Assembly (NCBI GenBank): GCA_963832025.1
Contig: CAWHSF010000004.1
Coordinates: forward strand, 1 to 41,330
From: Candidatus Nomurabacteria bacterium
Lineage (GTDB): Bacteria > Patescibacteriota > Minisyncoccia > Phycocordibacterales > UBA9973
Reading direction: 5' to 3'
DNA length: 41,330 bases
Shown: positions 11,082 to 20,251 of the stretch, one piece after another
How positions within the stretch are numbered: the stretch's first letter is position 1
Layout of the letters: every line of letters starts with the position of its first letter
Notes under the pieces: model-generated
Told to the model about the DNA's origin: nothing
The model's input: only the letters and a program-made list of their open reading frames with translations
Databases searched by the model: none
Position numbers and translations under genes: made by a program

Positions 11082-12508
11082 ATATTATCCTACAATCGGT
11101 CTTGGAAATACACGCAGAACTTAAAACTCAAACAAAGATGTTTTGTGGTTGTAAGAATAATCCAGACGAAGAAAAACCCAATGTAAATATTTGCCCGGTG
11201 TGCATGGCGCATCCGGGAGCTTTACCCGTGCCAAATAAAAAAGCAATAGAGAATGTGATTAAGGTGGGCTTGGCTGTAAATGGCAATATTGCGGATTTTT
11301 CAGAATTTGACCGTAAAAATTATTTTTACCCGGATATCCCAAAAGGTTACCAGATTTCACAATATAAATTTCCGATAGTTTCCGGCGGACACTTAGCGGA
11401 TTTTGATATCACTCGCGTACATTTGGAAGAAGATACGGCGAATAATAAACATTTCGATGATTACTCTCTCATTGATTTCAATCGCGCTGGTGTTCCACTT
11501 ATGGAACTTGTTACCGAAGCTCATACTTTTGAAAATATTGAAGACGCAGCGAGAGTTGCCACAAAATTTGCCAAAGAACTGCAGTTAATCTTGTGGTATT
11601 TGGGGGTTTCCGATGCAAACTTAGAAAAAGGTGAATTGCGGGTAGAACCGAATATTTCTATTTCACCGGACTTCAAAAAATTGAGCACTAAAGTGGAAGT
11701 AAAAAATTTAAATTCTTTCAAAAGCGTGGAACGAGCTATAAAATATGAGTTGACCAGAATGGCGGAGCTTTGGGAGAATGGAAAAGAATCAGAAATAGTG
11801 CAAGAGACTCGGGGCTGGGATGACGGTAAGCAAAAAACTTTTTCGCAAAGAAAAAAGGAGGGAAGCGCGGACTATCGATATTTTCCGGACCCGGATTTAC
11901 CAAAGATGAAACTGCATGAAGCTTTTGATTTAGAAAAAATGAAAAAAGAACTTCCTGAATTGCCGGAAGAAAAAAGAATCAGATACAAAAAAGATTTTGG
12001 AATAAAAGATGAGGATATAGAGGTTTATATAAATGAACCAGAATTAGGCAAAATGGTTTGAAGATGATTGCTAAAATACTTAGAACATAAGGATAAAATA
12101 AAAATAGCTTCAAATTATATTACTTCAGATTATATTGGGTTTAAAAAAATTTCCAAATATGGAATTAAACTCCATAGTCCTGAAAATTTTGCAGAACTTA
12201 ATAAACTTAGTTATTTGAGAGGAAAATTTCTTCACGTGTAGCAAAAGATATATTGGCTGTTATTGTTGTTAACGATGAATCACCACTTAAGATTGCAACA
12301 GAAGAAGGATTTACTCCAGAGTAACGACGAAGGAGCGTTAAAAGCTATTGTAGAAAAAGCTATTGTCGAAAATCCAGAAGTAGTTGCGACATACAAGGCT
12401 GGAAAAGAAAACGCAATTATGTCTCTTGTGGGTAAAATAATAAAAGAATCAAATGGTTCTGCCAATCCACAAATTGTTATCAAATTGCTAAAAGAAATGT
12501 TAAAATAG
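11071..12508 (+). pseudogene. gatB: Asp/Glu-tRNA amidotransferase subunit B, several frame breaks and internal stops
   Basis: MANKYYPTIGL then (extra g in cttGGaaata at about 11104) EIHAELKTQTKMFCGCKNN...RVEPNISI...ETRGWD...DYRYFPDPDLP. The 12061-12300 tail is broken in all frames. The C-terminal YqeY-like end is recovered in ORF 12263-12508. Confidence 0.85.
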
Positions 12509-12512
12509 GAGG

Positions 12513-13514
12513 ATGGATAAAGATATTTTAATTGACACAGTTGCTCGTTTAGTCACTACACCCAAAGGTATTTTAGCGATAGATGAAAGTTTGGAAACGT
12601 GTAATAAGCGTTTTGAAAAGCTTGGTGTACCGACAACGGAAGAAAAACGCAGAGAATATCGCGAGCTCTTGGTTACGGCGCCGGAAATTGAGAAATATAT
12701 TTCCGGCTACATTCTTTTTGACGAAACGATTAGACAATCCACTAAAAATGACAAAAGCTTTCCTGCGGTATTGCAAGCGAAAGGCATTGATGTCGGTATA
12801 AAAGTTGACCGAGGATTGGTTGAATTTTCACCTAATTCTATGGAAAAAAGAACACAAGGTTTAGACGGACTCGAAGCTCGATTGAAAGAATATAAAAGCA
12901 TGGGCGCGACCTTTGCTAAATGGCGTGCGGTTTTTACTATCAGTGATAAAACTCCGTCCTTGGATTGTATGAAGGAAAATGCAATGCTTTTTGCGCAGTA
13001 TGCAACATTGTGTCAGGCAAATGATATTGTGCCGATTGTTGAACCGGAAGTTTTAATAGACGGAGAGCACACCATAGAACAATGTTTCAATGTGACAGCT
13101 AAAAATTTAGATATCGTTTTTACTGAGTTGTTAAACGCAGATGTTTTTATTCCCGGAATGATTTTAAAGACCAGCATGGTGATTTCCGGTAAAGATGCCA
13201 AAGAAAAATCTTCTAGCGCAGAGGTTGCAAGGATGACGGTGAAATGTTTGGAAGAACATGTGCCTATGCATATCGGTGGAATTGTCTTTCTTTCTGGTGG
13301 ACAAAGTGATGAAGAGGCAACGATGAATTTAAATGCGATGCATAAAATGGGACCGTTGCCTTGGCCACTCTCATTTTCTTATGGTCGGGCAATTCAAAAC
13401 CCTGCATTGCAAAGCTGGGCAAAAAATCCAGATGATGTTGCCCATGCGCAAGCGCTTTTACTAAATACTGCAAAAAATAACAGTTTAGCTTCTGTCGGAG
13501 AATATGCAAAATAG
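12513..13514 (+). CDS. fba: Class I fructose-bisphosphate aldolase
   Basis: Intact 333-aa ORF. GILAIDESLETCNKRFEKLGV..., KVDRGL, FAKWRAV, and LSGGQSDEEAT are typical of class I FBA. Confidence 0.85.
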   Translation: MDKDILIDTVARLVTTPKGILAIDESLETCNKRFEKLGVPTTEEKRREYRELLVTAPEIEKYISGYILFDETIRQSTKNDKSFPAVLQAKGIDVGIKVDRGLVEFSPNSMEKRTQGLDGLEARLKEYKSMGATFAKWRAVFTISDKTPSLDCMKENAMLFAQYATLCQANDIVPIVEPEVLIDGEHTIEQCFNVTAKNLDIVFTELLNADVFIPGMILKTSMVISGKDAKEKSSSAEVARMTVKCLEEHVPMHIGGIVFLSGGQSDEEATMNLNAMHKMGPLPWPLSFSYGRAIQNPALQSWAKNPDDVAHAQALLLNTAKNNSLASVGEYAK

Positions 13515-14058
13515 AAATGAAGAAATAATTTTTCAAGGGAAGATGATAGAAATTGTTCACGAAACAGTTTCTTCAAATGGAAAAGAAATTATTTTAGAAA
13601 AAGGCAGACGTGCGCCGGGAGTCAGATTGATAATCAAAACTCCTGATAGCGGATTTTTAATAACCAAAGAACAAAGGTTCGACAAAGGTTTAGATTATCG
13701 TTTGCCAGGTGGAAAAGTTTTTGATTCTTTAATTGAATATAATAATTTTAAAAAAAATGCCGTAAATATTTTAACGAAGGCAAAAGAAGCTGCAATAAAA
13801 GAAGGCATGGAAGAAGCTGGAATCAAGCCTGTTGAAATGGAATTATTTTGTATTTCCAAATGTGGTGGGAGTTTTGATTGGGATTTATACTATTTTATAG
13901 TTGAAAAATATGATGAAGTCGGTCAAAATTTGGAAGAGCACGAAAAAATTGAAGTCATGAAAATTTCTCGTGAAGAATTAAAGAAATTAGCGTTGTCTGG
14001 TAAGATGAAAGAAGATAGAAGTGTGGCGGTGATATTAAAATATTTAAATAAGAATTAA
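13504..14058 (+). CDS. NUDIX-family hydrolase
   Basis: LPGGKV...AKEAAIKEGMEEAGI is Nudix-box-like. Overlaps the fba stop and shares TAATG with the next gene. Confidence 0.6.
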   Translation: MQNRNEEIIFQGKMIEIVHETVSSNGKEIILEKGRRAPGVRLIIKTPDSGFLITKEQRFDKGLDYRLPGGKVFDSLIEYNNFKKNAVNILTKAKEAAIKEGMEEAGIKPVEMELFCISKCGGSFDWDLYYFIVEKYDEVGQNLEEHEKIEVMKISREELKKLALSGKMKEDRSVAVILKYLNKN

Positions 14059-15788
14059 TGACAGAATCCAAAACTCCAAAATTTGATACATTGATGGATA
14101 AAATCTTGGGCGAAATGGTTCCTCATTCAAAAGTCTGCGCGGATTGTAAAAAAAAATTTGAAGTTGAGCCAGAAGATATAGTGTTCTATAAAATGTTCCG
14201 AGTTCTTGCTCCAAAACTTTGTCCGGATTGCAGGCAAAGACGCAGACTTTCTTTTGGGAACTATTCCAATATTTATAAACGCAAATGCGATTTTCCCGGA
14301 CACACCGATATTATGATTTCTCCCGTCGCACCAGTAATGCCTTGGGTGACATACGACCACGAGACATATTATTCGGATGTTTGGGATCCTTTTTCTTATG
14401 GGAAAAATGTTGAAGAAAATAAATCCTTTTTTGACCAGTTTCTGGATTTACTAAAAGTAATTCCTCAGCCTGGTGTGCGTCGTGATCCAAGTTCTGTCAA
14501 TAGCGATTTTAATTTTTACGGAAAGGATATGAAAGATTGTTATTATGTTTTCGGTGGCCGAAGCTCAGAAGATATAATGTATAGTTCTTCGATTTATAAG
14601 TCTAGGCATGTCGTGGATTCTTATTTTCTTAAAAAGGTTGATACAGCTTTTAGTTCCGCAAGAACAACTGATTCTTTTAATGTTAAATATGCTTATTTTT
14701 CAATGAATTGTATTGATTGTGATTTTATTTATGATTGCCGTAACTGCCAAAATTGTTTTGGTTGCGTAAATCTCAGAAATAAAAATTATTGTTGGTTTAA
14801 TGAACAGCTTTCCAAAGATGAATATCAAAAAAGAAAAGAGGGGATTGATTTAGGCAGCCGTAAGGTTGTCGATGATTTTACAAATAAATTTTTTGACATC
14901 GTAAAAGAAAATCCAATACGCGCTACTAGAATTTACAAATCACAAAATGTTTCTGGCGACGATATCATCACTTCCAATAATTGTCAAAAATGTTTTCAAG
15001 TAGAAAATGGTGATAATTTGAGATATGTAGCGCTTGCAATCGTAGGATTAAAAGATTCAATGGATATGGGTTATTCTGGTGGAGCGGAACGCATCTATAA
15101 TTCTCAGAATACAGGTGACAAGTCTGCTAATGTCAAATGTTCTTTTGCCACCAAAGAATCTGTCGATTGTGAATACGTGATGTCTTGTAGAAATTGCCAA
15201 AATTGTTTTGGTTGTGTGGGACTGAGTAATGCTTCTTACACAATTTTTAATAAAAAATACAACCCAGAAGAATATTGGAAAATATTGGACGAAATAAAAA
15301 CAAAAATGTTGCAAGAAGGTATTTACGGAGAATTTTTTTTGATGACTTTTTCGCCTATTGCTTACAATAGTTCTTTAGCAAATATAATTTTTCCAATGAC
15401 AGAAATCGAAGCAAAAAAACGCGGGCTCTTCTGGCAACCGGAAACAGATGTTGAAATGAAGAATTTACAGAACATCGAGGCGGATAAATTACCTGACAAT
15501 ATCAAAGACATAAATAATGAAATTTGTAAATTTGCGATTATCGGAAAAATCTCTAAAAAACCGTTTAAAATTACTGAAAGGGAATTAAATTTTTACAAAC
15601 AAAACAACATACCATTACCAACTGACACACCCTATCAGCGTATAATTGATCGCTATAAGGTTTTAAATAATTTTCAGATTTATCAAGAGAATTGTTTTTC
15701 TTGTGGAAAAGAAATTGAATCATCATATCGAAAATCAGATGGATATAAACCGTTTTGCGAACAATGTTATCAACAAAGAGTGTTATAA
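14058..15788 (+). CDS. Cys-rich zinc-ribbon repeat protein (conserved hypothetical)
   Basis: N-terminal CADCKKKFEV..EDIVFYKMF...LCPDCRQRRRL. Two internal C(R)NCQNCFGCV(N/G)L repeats. C-terminal FKITERELNFYKQNNIPLP...CFSCGKEI...CEQCY. Confidence 0.6.
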   Translation: MTESKTPKFDTLMDKILGEMVPHSKVCADCKKKFEVEPEDIVFYKMFRVLAPKLCPDCRQRRRLSFGNYSNIYKRKCDFPGHTDIMISPVAPVMPWVTYDHETYYSDVWDPFSYGKNVEENKSFFDQFLDLLKVIPQPGVRRDPSSVNSDFNFYGKDMKDCYYVFGGRSSEDIMYSSSIYKSRHVVDSYFLKKVDTAFSSARTTDSFNVKYAYFSMNCIDCDFIYDCRNCQNCFGCVNLRNKNYCWFNEQLSKDEYQKRKEGIDLGSRKVVDDFTNKFFDIVKENPIRATRIYKSQNVSGDDIITSNNCQKCFQVENGDNLRYVALAIVGLKDSMDMGYSGGAERIYNSQNTGDKSANVKCSFATKESVDCEYVMSCRNCQNCFGCVGLSNASYTIFNKKYNPEEYWKILDEIKTKMLQEGIYGEFFLMTFSPIAYNSSLANIIFPMTEIEAKKRGLFWQPETDVEMKNLQNIEADKLPDNIKDINNEICKFAIIGKISKKPFKITERELNFYKQNNIPLPTDTPYQRIIDRYKVLNNFQIYQENCFSCGKEIESSYRKSDGYKPFCEQCYQQRVL

Positions 15789-15797
15789 TAACAAAAC

Positions 15798-17645
15798 ATG
15801 AACAAAGAAATAAGAATTCAATTACGTAATTTTTTTAAAGGGGATATAGATGATAGTGAAGCGACACTCGTGCAATATTCTCACGATGCGAGCTTACTTG
15901 AAGTAAGACCAAAACTAGTGCTTTTTCCGCAAGATTCGGAAGATGTAAAAAATTTAGTGAAATGGGTTTCAGAGAATAAAGAAAAATATCCTGAGCTTTC
16001 CATTACGGCTCGTTGCGCGGGGACAGATATGTCCGGCGGAGCAATCGGGGAATCAATAATTTTGGATTTCACAAGATATATGAACAAGTTGATAAGTTGG
16101 AACCAGCTCCCAAAAAATTCTTCCGGATTACTCTACCCTGCGGGTGGAACCTTCCCCGTTCAGAATTCTTTGGAAGCTCATTCCATTACTGTTCAACCCG
16201 GAATGTTTTATAGAGATTTTGAAAAAATTACTTTAGGAAAAGGTTTAATTTTACCTTGTTTCACCGCCTCAAAAAGTATAAATGCTGTAGGCGGAATGTT
16301 TGGAAATAATTCTGCCGGGGAAAGAACTTTGAAATATGGAAAGACGGAAGATTACGTTTTAGAAGCTAAAGTCATATTTGCTGATGGAAATGAGTACCTT
16401 GTAAAGCCACTCAGTCGCGATGAATTGAATAAAAAAATGTCGCAAGGGGATTTCGAGGGAAATGTTTATAAAAATATTTTTGATTTGATAAATAAAAATG
16501 AGGACGAAATAAGATTAGCCAAGCCAAAAGTTCATAAAAATTCAGCCGGATATTATATTTGGAATGTGCTAAGTCCGGAGCCGAAGAAGAATTTTTTGGC
16601 TTTCCTCCAGCCTTCGGCCGGAACCTTCCGCCAGCAAAATTCTCCTTCGGCTCCTGCCATGCAGAGCGATAATTATTTTAATTTAAACAAATTGTTGGTT
16701 GGTTCGCAGGGAACATTGGGAATTGCGACCGAAATTACCTTTAAAGTAATACCGGACAATAAACATTCTAAACTTGTCGTGATATTTATGGAAGATATGG
16801 CGCCCCTCGGCAGATTGGTGGATGAAATTTTGACTCTTAATCCGGAAACACTAGAAACTTATGATGACAAAACGATGAAACTGGCAGTAAAATTCTTTCC
16901 GGATTTTTTAAAGAATAAAGGCTTTATTGGCATGTTTAAATTCATGTTATCTTTCTTGCCGGAATTTTTTATGATGGTCACCGGTGGTTTTCCGAAATTA
17001 ATTATTCTGGCCGAATTTGCTGGCGTTGACGAAGAAGACGTAAATGAAAAATGTGTAGCACTGGTGGAGAAAATAAAAGACTTTAAATTAAAAGTTCACA
17101 TCACTAAATCCGAAACAGAGGCAAGTAAGTATTGGGATATCAGGAGAGAAAGTTTTGCCTTGCTCCGAAAGCACATAAAAGGTATGCGCACTGCTCCATT
17201 TATAGACGATATTATTGTTCGTCCGGAATTTTTGCCTAAATTTCTTCCGGAATTAAACAGTATTTTGGTAAAATATCCCAGTTTGACTTATACCATCGCT
17301 GGTCATGCCGGAGATGGAAATTTTCACATCATTCCATTGATGGATTTCAAGCGTCCTGATACCGCTCAGATAATCCTAGAATTAGGAGAAAAAGTTTATG
17401 ATTTGGTCATAAGATATCATGGTTCTATAACCGCCGAACATAATGATGGTTTAATCCGTACGCCATATTTACGCAAAATGTATGGAGATAAAATCATTCA
17501 AATTTTTACCGAAATTAAGAAAATATTTGATTCGAAAAATATTTTTAATCCCGGTAAGAAAATTGCTACAGAAAATCTCGGTGGAACAAAAGACTACATT
17601 AGAACGCATATTGCCGAAGAGCATGATGCGGTGCACAAAGTTTAA
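15798..17645 (+). CDS. FAD-linked oxidase (GlcD / D-lactate dehydrogenase family) carrying two in-frame palindromic inserts
   Basis: Intact 615-aa ORF. FAD-binding region ...ITARCAGTDMSGGAIGESIILDFTRYMNK... and C-terminal ...AGHAGDGNFHIIPLMD...GSITAEHNDGLIRTPYL. Confidence 0.75.
   Translation: MNKEIRIQLRNFFKGDIDDSEATLVQYSHDASLLEVRPKLVLFPQDSEDVKNLVKWVSENKEKYPELSITARCAGTDMSGGAIGESIILDFTRYMNKLISWNQLPKNSSGLLYPAGGTFPVQNSLEAHSITVQPGMFYRDFEKITLGKGLILPCFTASKSINAVGGMFGNNSAGERTLKYGKTEDYVLEAKVIFADGNEYLVKPLSRDELNKKMSQGDFEGNVYKNIFDLINKNEDEIRLAKPKVHKNSAGYYIWNVLSPEPKKNFLAFLQPSAGTFRQQNSPSAPAMQSDNYFNLNKLLVGSQGTLGIATEITFKVIPDNKHSKLVVIFMEDMAPLGRLVDEILTLNPETLETYDDKTMKLAVKFFPDFLKNKGFIGMFKFMLSFLPEFFMMVTGGFPKLIILAEFAGVDEEDVNEKCVALVEKIKDFKLKVHITKSETEASKYWDIRRESFALLRKHIKGMRTAPFIDDIIVRPEFLPKFLPELNSILVKYPSLTYTIAGHAGDGNFHIIPLMDFKRPDTAQIILELGEKVYDLVIRYHGSITAEHNDGLIRTPYLRKMYGDKIIQIFTEIKKIFDSKNIFNPGKKIATENLGGTKDYIRTHIAEEHDAVHKV
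16106..16177 (+). repeat. Palindromic element family A, copy A1 (in frame in the FAD oxidase)
   Basis: Arms gctcccaaaaaattc / gaattctttggaagc (13 of 15 complementary). Core ttccggattactctaccctgcgggtggaaccttcccc. Translated LPKNSSGLLYPAGGTFPVQNSLEA. Confidence 0.8.
16577..16654 (+). repeat. Palindromic element family A, copy A2 (in frame in the FAD oxidase)
   Basis: Arms ggagccgaagaagaatttt / aaaattctccttcggctcc (18 of 19 complementary). 78 nt. Translated EPKKNFLAFLQPSAGTFRQQNSPSAP. Confidence 0.8.
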
Positions 17646-17648
17646 GCA

Positions 17649-17732
17649 CTAGATGTTGGACATCTGCAAAGCAGGTGTCCAACATCGGGCTCCAGACGTC
17701 CAACGTCTTTTGACTTTTGCTAGATGTTCGGT
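17649..17732 (+). repeat. Nested palindromic element family D, copy D1
   Basis: Starts 4 nt after the oxidase stop. 16-bp hairpin 17652-17686 (gatgttggacaTctgc aaa gcagGtgtccaacatc), a second hairpin agacg tccaa cgtct, and direct repeat ctagatgtt at both ends. Confidence 0.8.
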
Positions 17733-17738
17733 TATACT
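17710..17738 (+). promoter_or_regulatory. Sigma70-like promoter for rplY (TTGACT-17-TATACT), ATG 7 nt after the -10
   Basis: ttgact 17710-17715, 17-nt spacer, tatact 17733-17738, ATG at 17746. This implies a leaderless or near-leaderless mRNA. The promoter lies inside element D1. Confidence 0.5.
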
Positions 17739-17745
17739 GCTTTTT

Positions 17746-18414
17746 ATGTTTACAATCAAAGCGCAAAAGAGAAATGAGGACGTCAAAGTGGACGCGCTCA
17801 GAAAAGCAGGTGAAATTCCAGCTGTTTTTTATGGTGCTGGGAAAAAATCCACCTCGATTACGCTTTCAACCGTCGAATTTAAAAAAATCTGGCGCGAAGC
17901 AGGAGAATCTTCCGCTATTTCAGTCAAGACTCCAGAAGGAAGCGTGGACGTACTGATTCACGAAGTACAAGTTGACCCAGTGACGGACGAACCTATACAT
18001 GTGGATTTTTTGGCAATAGATATGAAAAAGAAAATTCGAGTTTCTGTCCCGCTCATTTTTGAAGGTGTTTCCAATGCAGTAAAAAGTGGAATTGGCAATC
18101 TGGTAAAAGTTCTTCACGAAATTGAAATTGAAGCGTTGCCAGCCGATTTACCACACGATCTTATTGTTGATATTTCTTCTCTTGAAGGTTTGGAAAACCA
18201 AGTTTTTGTTTCTGATATAAAACTTCCAGCCGGAGTCGTGGTCATCACCAATCCTACCGAAGTGGTGGCTTCCATTGTTGCTCAAGTTGAAGAAAAAGAA
18301 GAAGTAGTTGCACCGGTTGATTTGTCTGCAATTGAAGTGGAAAAGAAAGGCAAGAAAGAAGAGGAAGGCGAAGTTGCTACCGCAGAAGCTGCACCTGTGC
18401 CAGAAAAAAAATAA
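17746..18414 (+). CDS. rplY: 50S ribosomal protein L25/Ctc
   Basis: MFTIKAQKRNEDVKVDALRKAGEIPAVFYG...IHEVQVDPVTDEPIHVDF... with an acidic/Lys-rich tail. The track ORF start at 17653 reads through element D1 and is unlikely. Confidence 0.85.
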   Translation: MFTIKAQKRNEDVKVDALRKAGEIPAVFYGAGKKSTSITLSTVEFKKIWREAGESSAISVKTPEGSVDVLIHEVQVDPVTDEPIHVDFLAIDMKKKIRVSVPLIFEGVSNAVKSGIGNLVKVLHEIEIEALPADLPHDLIVDISSLEGLENQVFVSDIKLPAGVVVITNPTEVVASIVAQVEEKEEVVAPVDLSAIEVEKKGKKEEEGEVATAEAAPVPEKK

Positions 18415-18454
18415 ATATCTTAAAATTCAATTCGATTTATGTTACAATAAAGCT

Positions 18455-19829
18455 ATGGGGAAAAAATCCATAGTTTTTATTTTACTTTTTTCGATGCTGG
18501 GTTTAATAACTGTTTCAGTCTTTTTTGGTACCAAAAGCATACGCTGATTTTGACTGTCTGACTCTCAGTCCTGCTTCTACGTCAGCGGATAAAACTTACT
18601 GTGAGAACCAACTCAATCAAATAGAAGCGGAACTAAATACCTTACTTGCAGAACAGGCAGCTCAACAAAAACAAACCGGAACTCTCAAAGGAGATGTGGA
18701 TTATTTGGCTAGCCAGATTAATGCTCTTAAGGTAAAAATACAAGCTCAATCACTGGTCATAGCCCAACTAGGTGTAGCAATTGTAGACAAAACAAATACA
18801 ATTACTTCTCTCTCAAATAAAATTGATAGTGAAAATGAATCTTTAGCTCAACTTCTCCGAAATACGAATGAATTTGATAATGAGAACATAGTAAACTTAG
18901 TTCTTTCCGATAATTCCATCTCTACTTTTTATAGTGATTTAGAATCATATAATTCAATACAGCAAGCAGTCAAAAGTTCGGTGGATGAAATAAATCCATA
19001 AAGGCACAAACTGAAATTGCTAAAACTGACCTTCAAAAACAACAAAATGCTGAAACGGATGCAAAAGCCGAATTGCAAACTGCTCAACAACAAATAGCCA
19101 TATCCGAGGCAAATCAAAAAAAGCTTTTGGCAGTTTCTCAGCTAAAAGAAAGCGCTTATGCGCAACTCGCAGCACAGAAAAAAGCTCAAGCGGATGAAAT
19201 TCGTGCCGCCTTGTTTAGTTTGGCTGGTACTTCGCAAAAAATTGATTTCGGCACCGCGCTAACTTATGCAAATCAAGTTTCAGCCAAATTAAATGTAGAG
19301 CCTGCTTTTCTACTCGCAATCATTACCCAAGAAAGCAATTTAGGCGCAAACGTTGGTCAATGTTATCTTACAGATCCAAACACTGGTGCTGGAGTGGGAA
19401 AAACTACAGGAACATATTTTGCAAATGTCATGCATCCAACACGCGATGTTCCTCCATTTTTAAGCATCACAAGCGATTTTGGGCTCAATGCTTTTAAAAC
19501 AGCTGTATCTTGTCCAATTGCCGGTGCTGGTGGTTACGGTGGCGCCATGGGGCCAGCACAATTTATTCCTTCAACTTGGGAACTTTTTGCTCGCTAGATT
19601 ACAAACTCTCTTGGGATACCAAGCAAATCCATGGTCTCCACTTGATTCTTTCATGGCTTCCGGAATGTATTTGAGTGACCTGGGCGCAGTAGGAAATAGT
19701 GCCAGTGCCCAAAGTAGAGCTGCTTGTAAATATTATGGTACCGGTGGCTCTTCTTGTTCTTATAGTCGAAGTGTGATGAAGCTGGAAGCAAGTATTCAAG
19801 CCAACATAGACGTACTCAATACTCCATAA
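18455..19829 (+). pseudogene. Secreted coiled-coil / lytic-transglycosylase-like murein hydrolase, 3 frame breaks
   Basis: Signal peptide MGKKSIVFILLFSMLGLITVSVFF (break in T6 run at about 18520), a long coiled coil, then EPAFLLAIITQESNLG...GAMGPAQFIPSTW (SLT-like catalytic Glu context), continued in ORF 19479-19829. Confidence 0.6.
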
Positions 19830-19869
19830 ATTTGCCTTAGTGTAAAATTTGTGATAAACTGCCGAAGCT

Positions 19870-20088
19870 ATGAAAAAAGATATTCACCCAAAATATGATT
19901 TAAAAACAAAAGCCACCTGCGCCTGCGGTGCAGTTTTTGAAGTTGGCTCCACTATGCCGGAAATTCGCATGGAAATTTGCAGTCAATGCCATCCTTTCTA
20001 TACTGGAAATGAAAAAATAATGGACACTGCTGGACGCGTAGAACGTTTCAAAAAACGAGCAGCTGCTACTGTAAAGTCTAAAAAGTAG
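19870..20088 (+). CDS. rpmE: 50S ribosomal protein L31 (Zn-ribbon type)
   Basis: MKKDIHPKY...CACG...[10 protein letters not shown]...GRVERFKKR. Confidence 0.9.
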   Translation: MKKDIHPKYDLKTKATCACGAVFEVGSTMPEIRMEICSQCHPFYTGNEKIMDTAGRVERFKKRAAATVKSKK

Positions 20089-20095
20089 ATACTTC

Positions 20096-20194
20096 AACCG
20101 GGATTGTGTTTTAGAGTCGTATAATTTTCTGCTGAAAATTTACTCCTTCTCGGCCCGTCGGCCTGCGAAAGACTCCAAAAACATAATTCCGGTT
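20096..20194 (+). repeat. About 100-nt long-hairpin intergenic element family E, copy E1
   Basis: Outer arms aaccgggattgtgttttagagtc / gactccaaaaacataattccggtt. The GC core tctcggcccgtcggcctgcgaaag is shared with 29341-29447. Confidence 0.7.
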
Positions 20195-20251
20195 TTCGTT
20201 TATTGTTTGTAGAAGATTCGCCAAGAAAGAATTTATATTTATTAGAATTTT

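Noticed and set aside
12331-12366. A direct 15-nt duplication (gctattgtagaaaaa / gctattgtcgaaaat, read as AIVEKAIVEN) in the gatB tail.
   Set aside because: It is a small in-frame tandem duplication with no further structure, and unremarkable.
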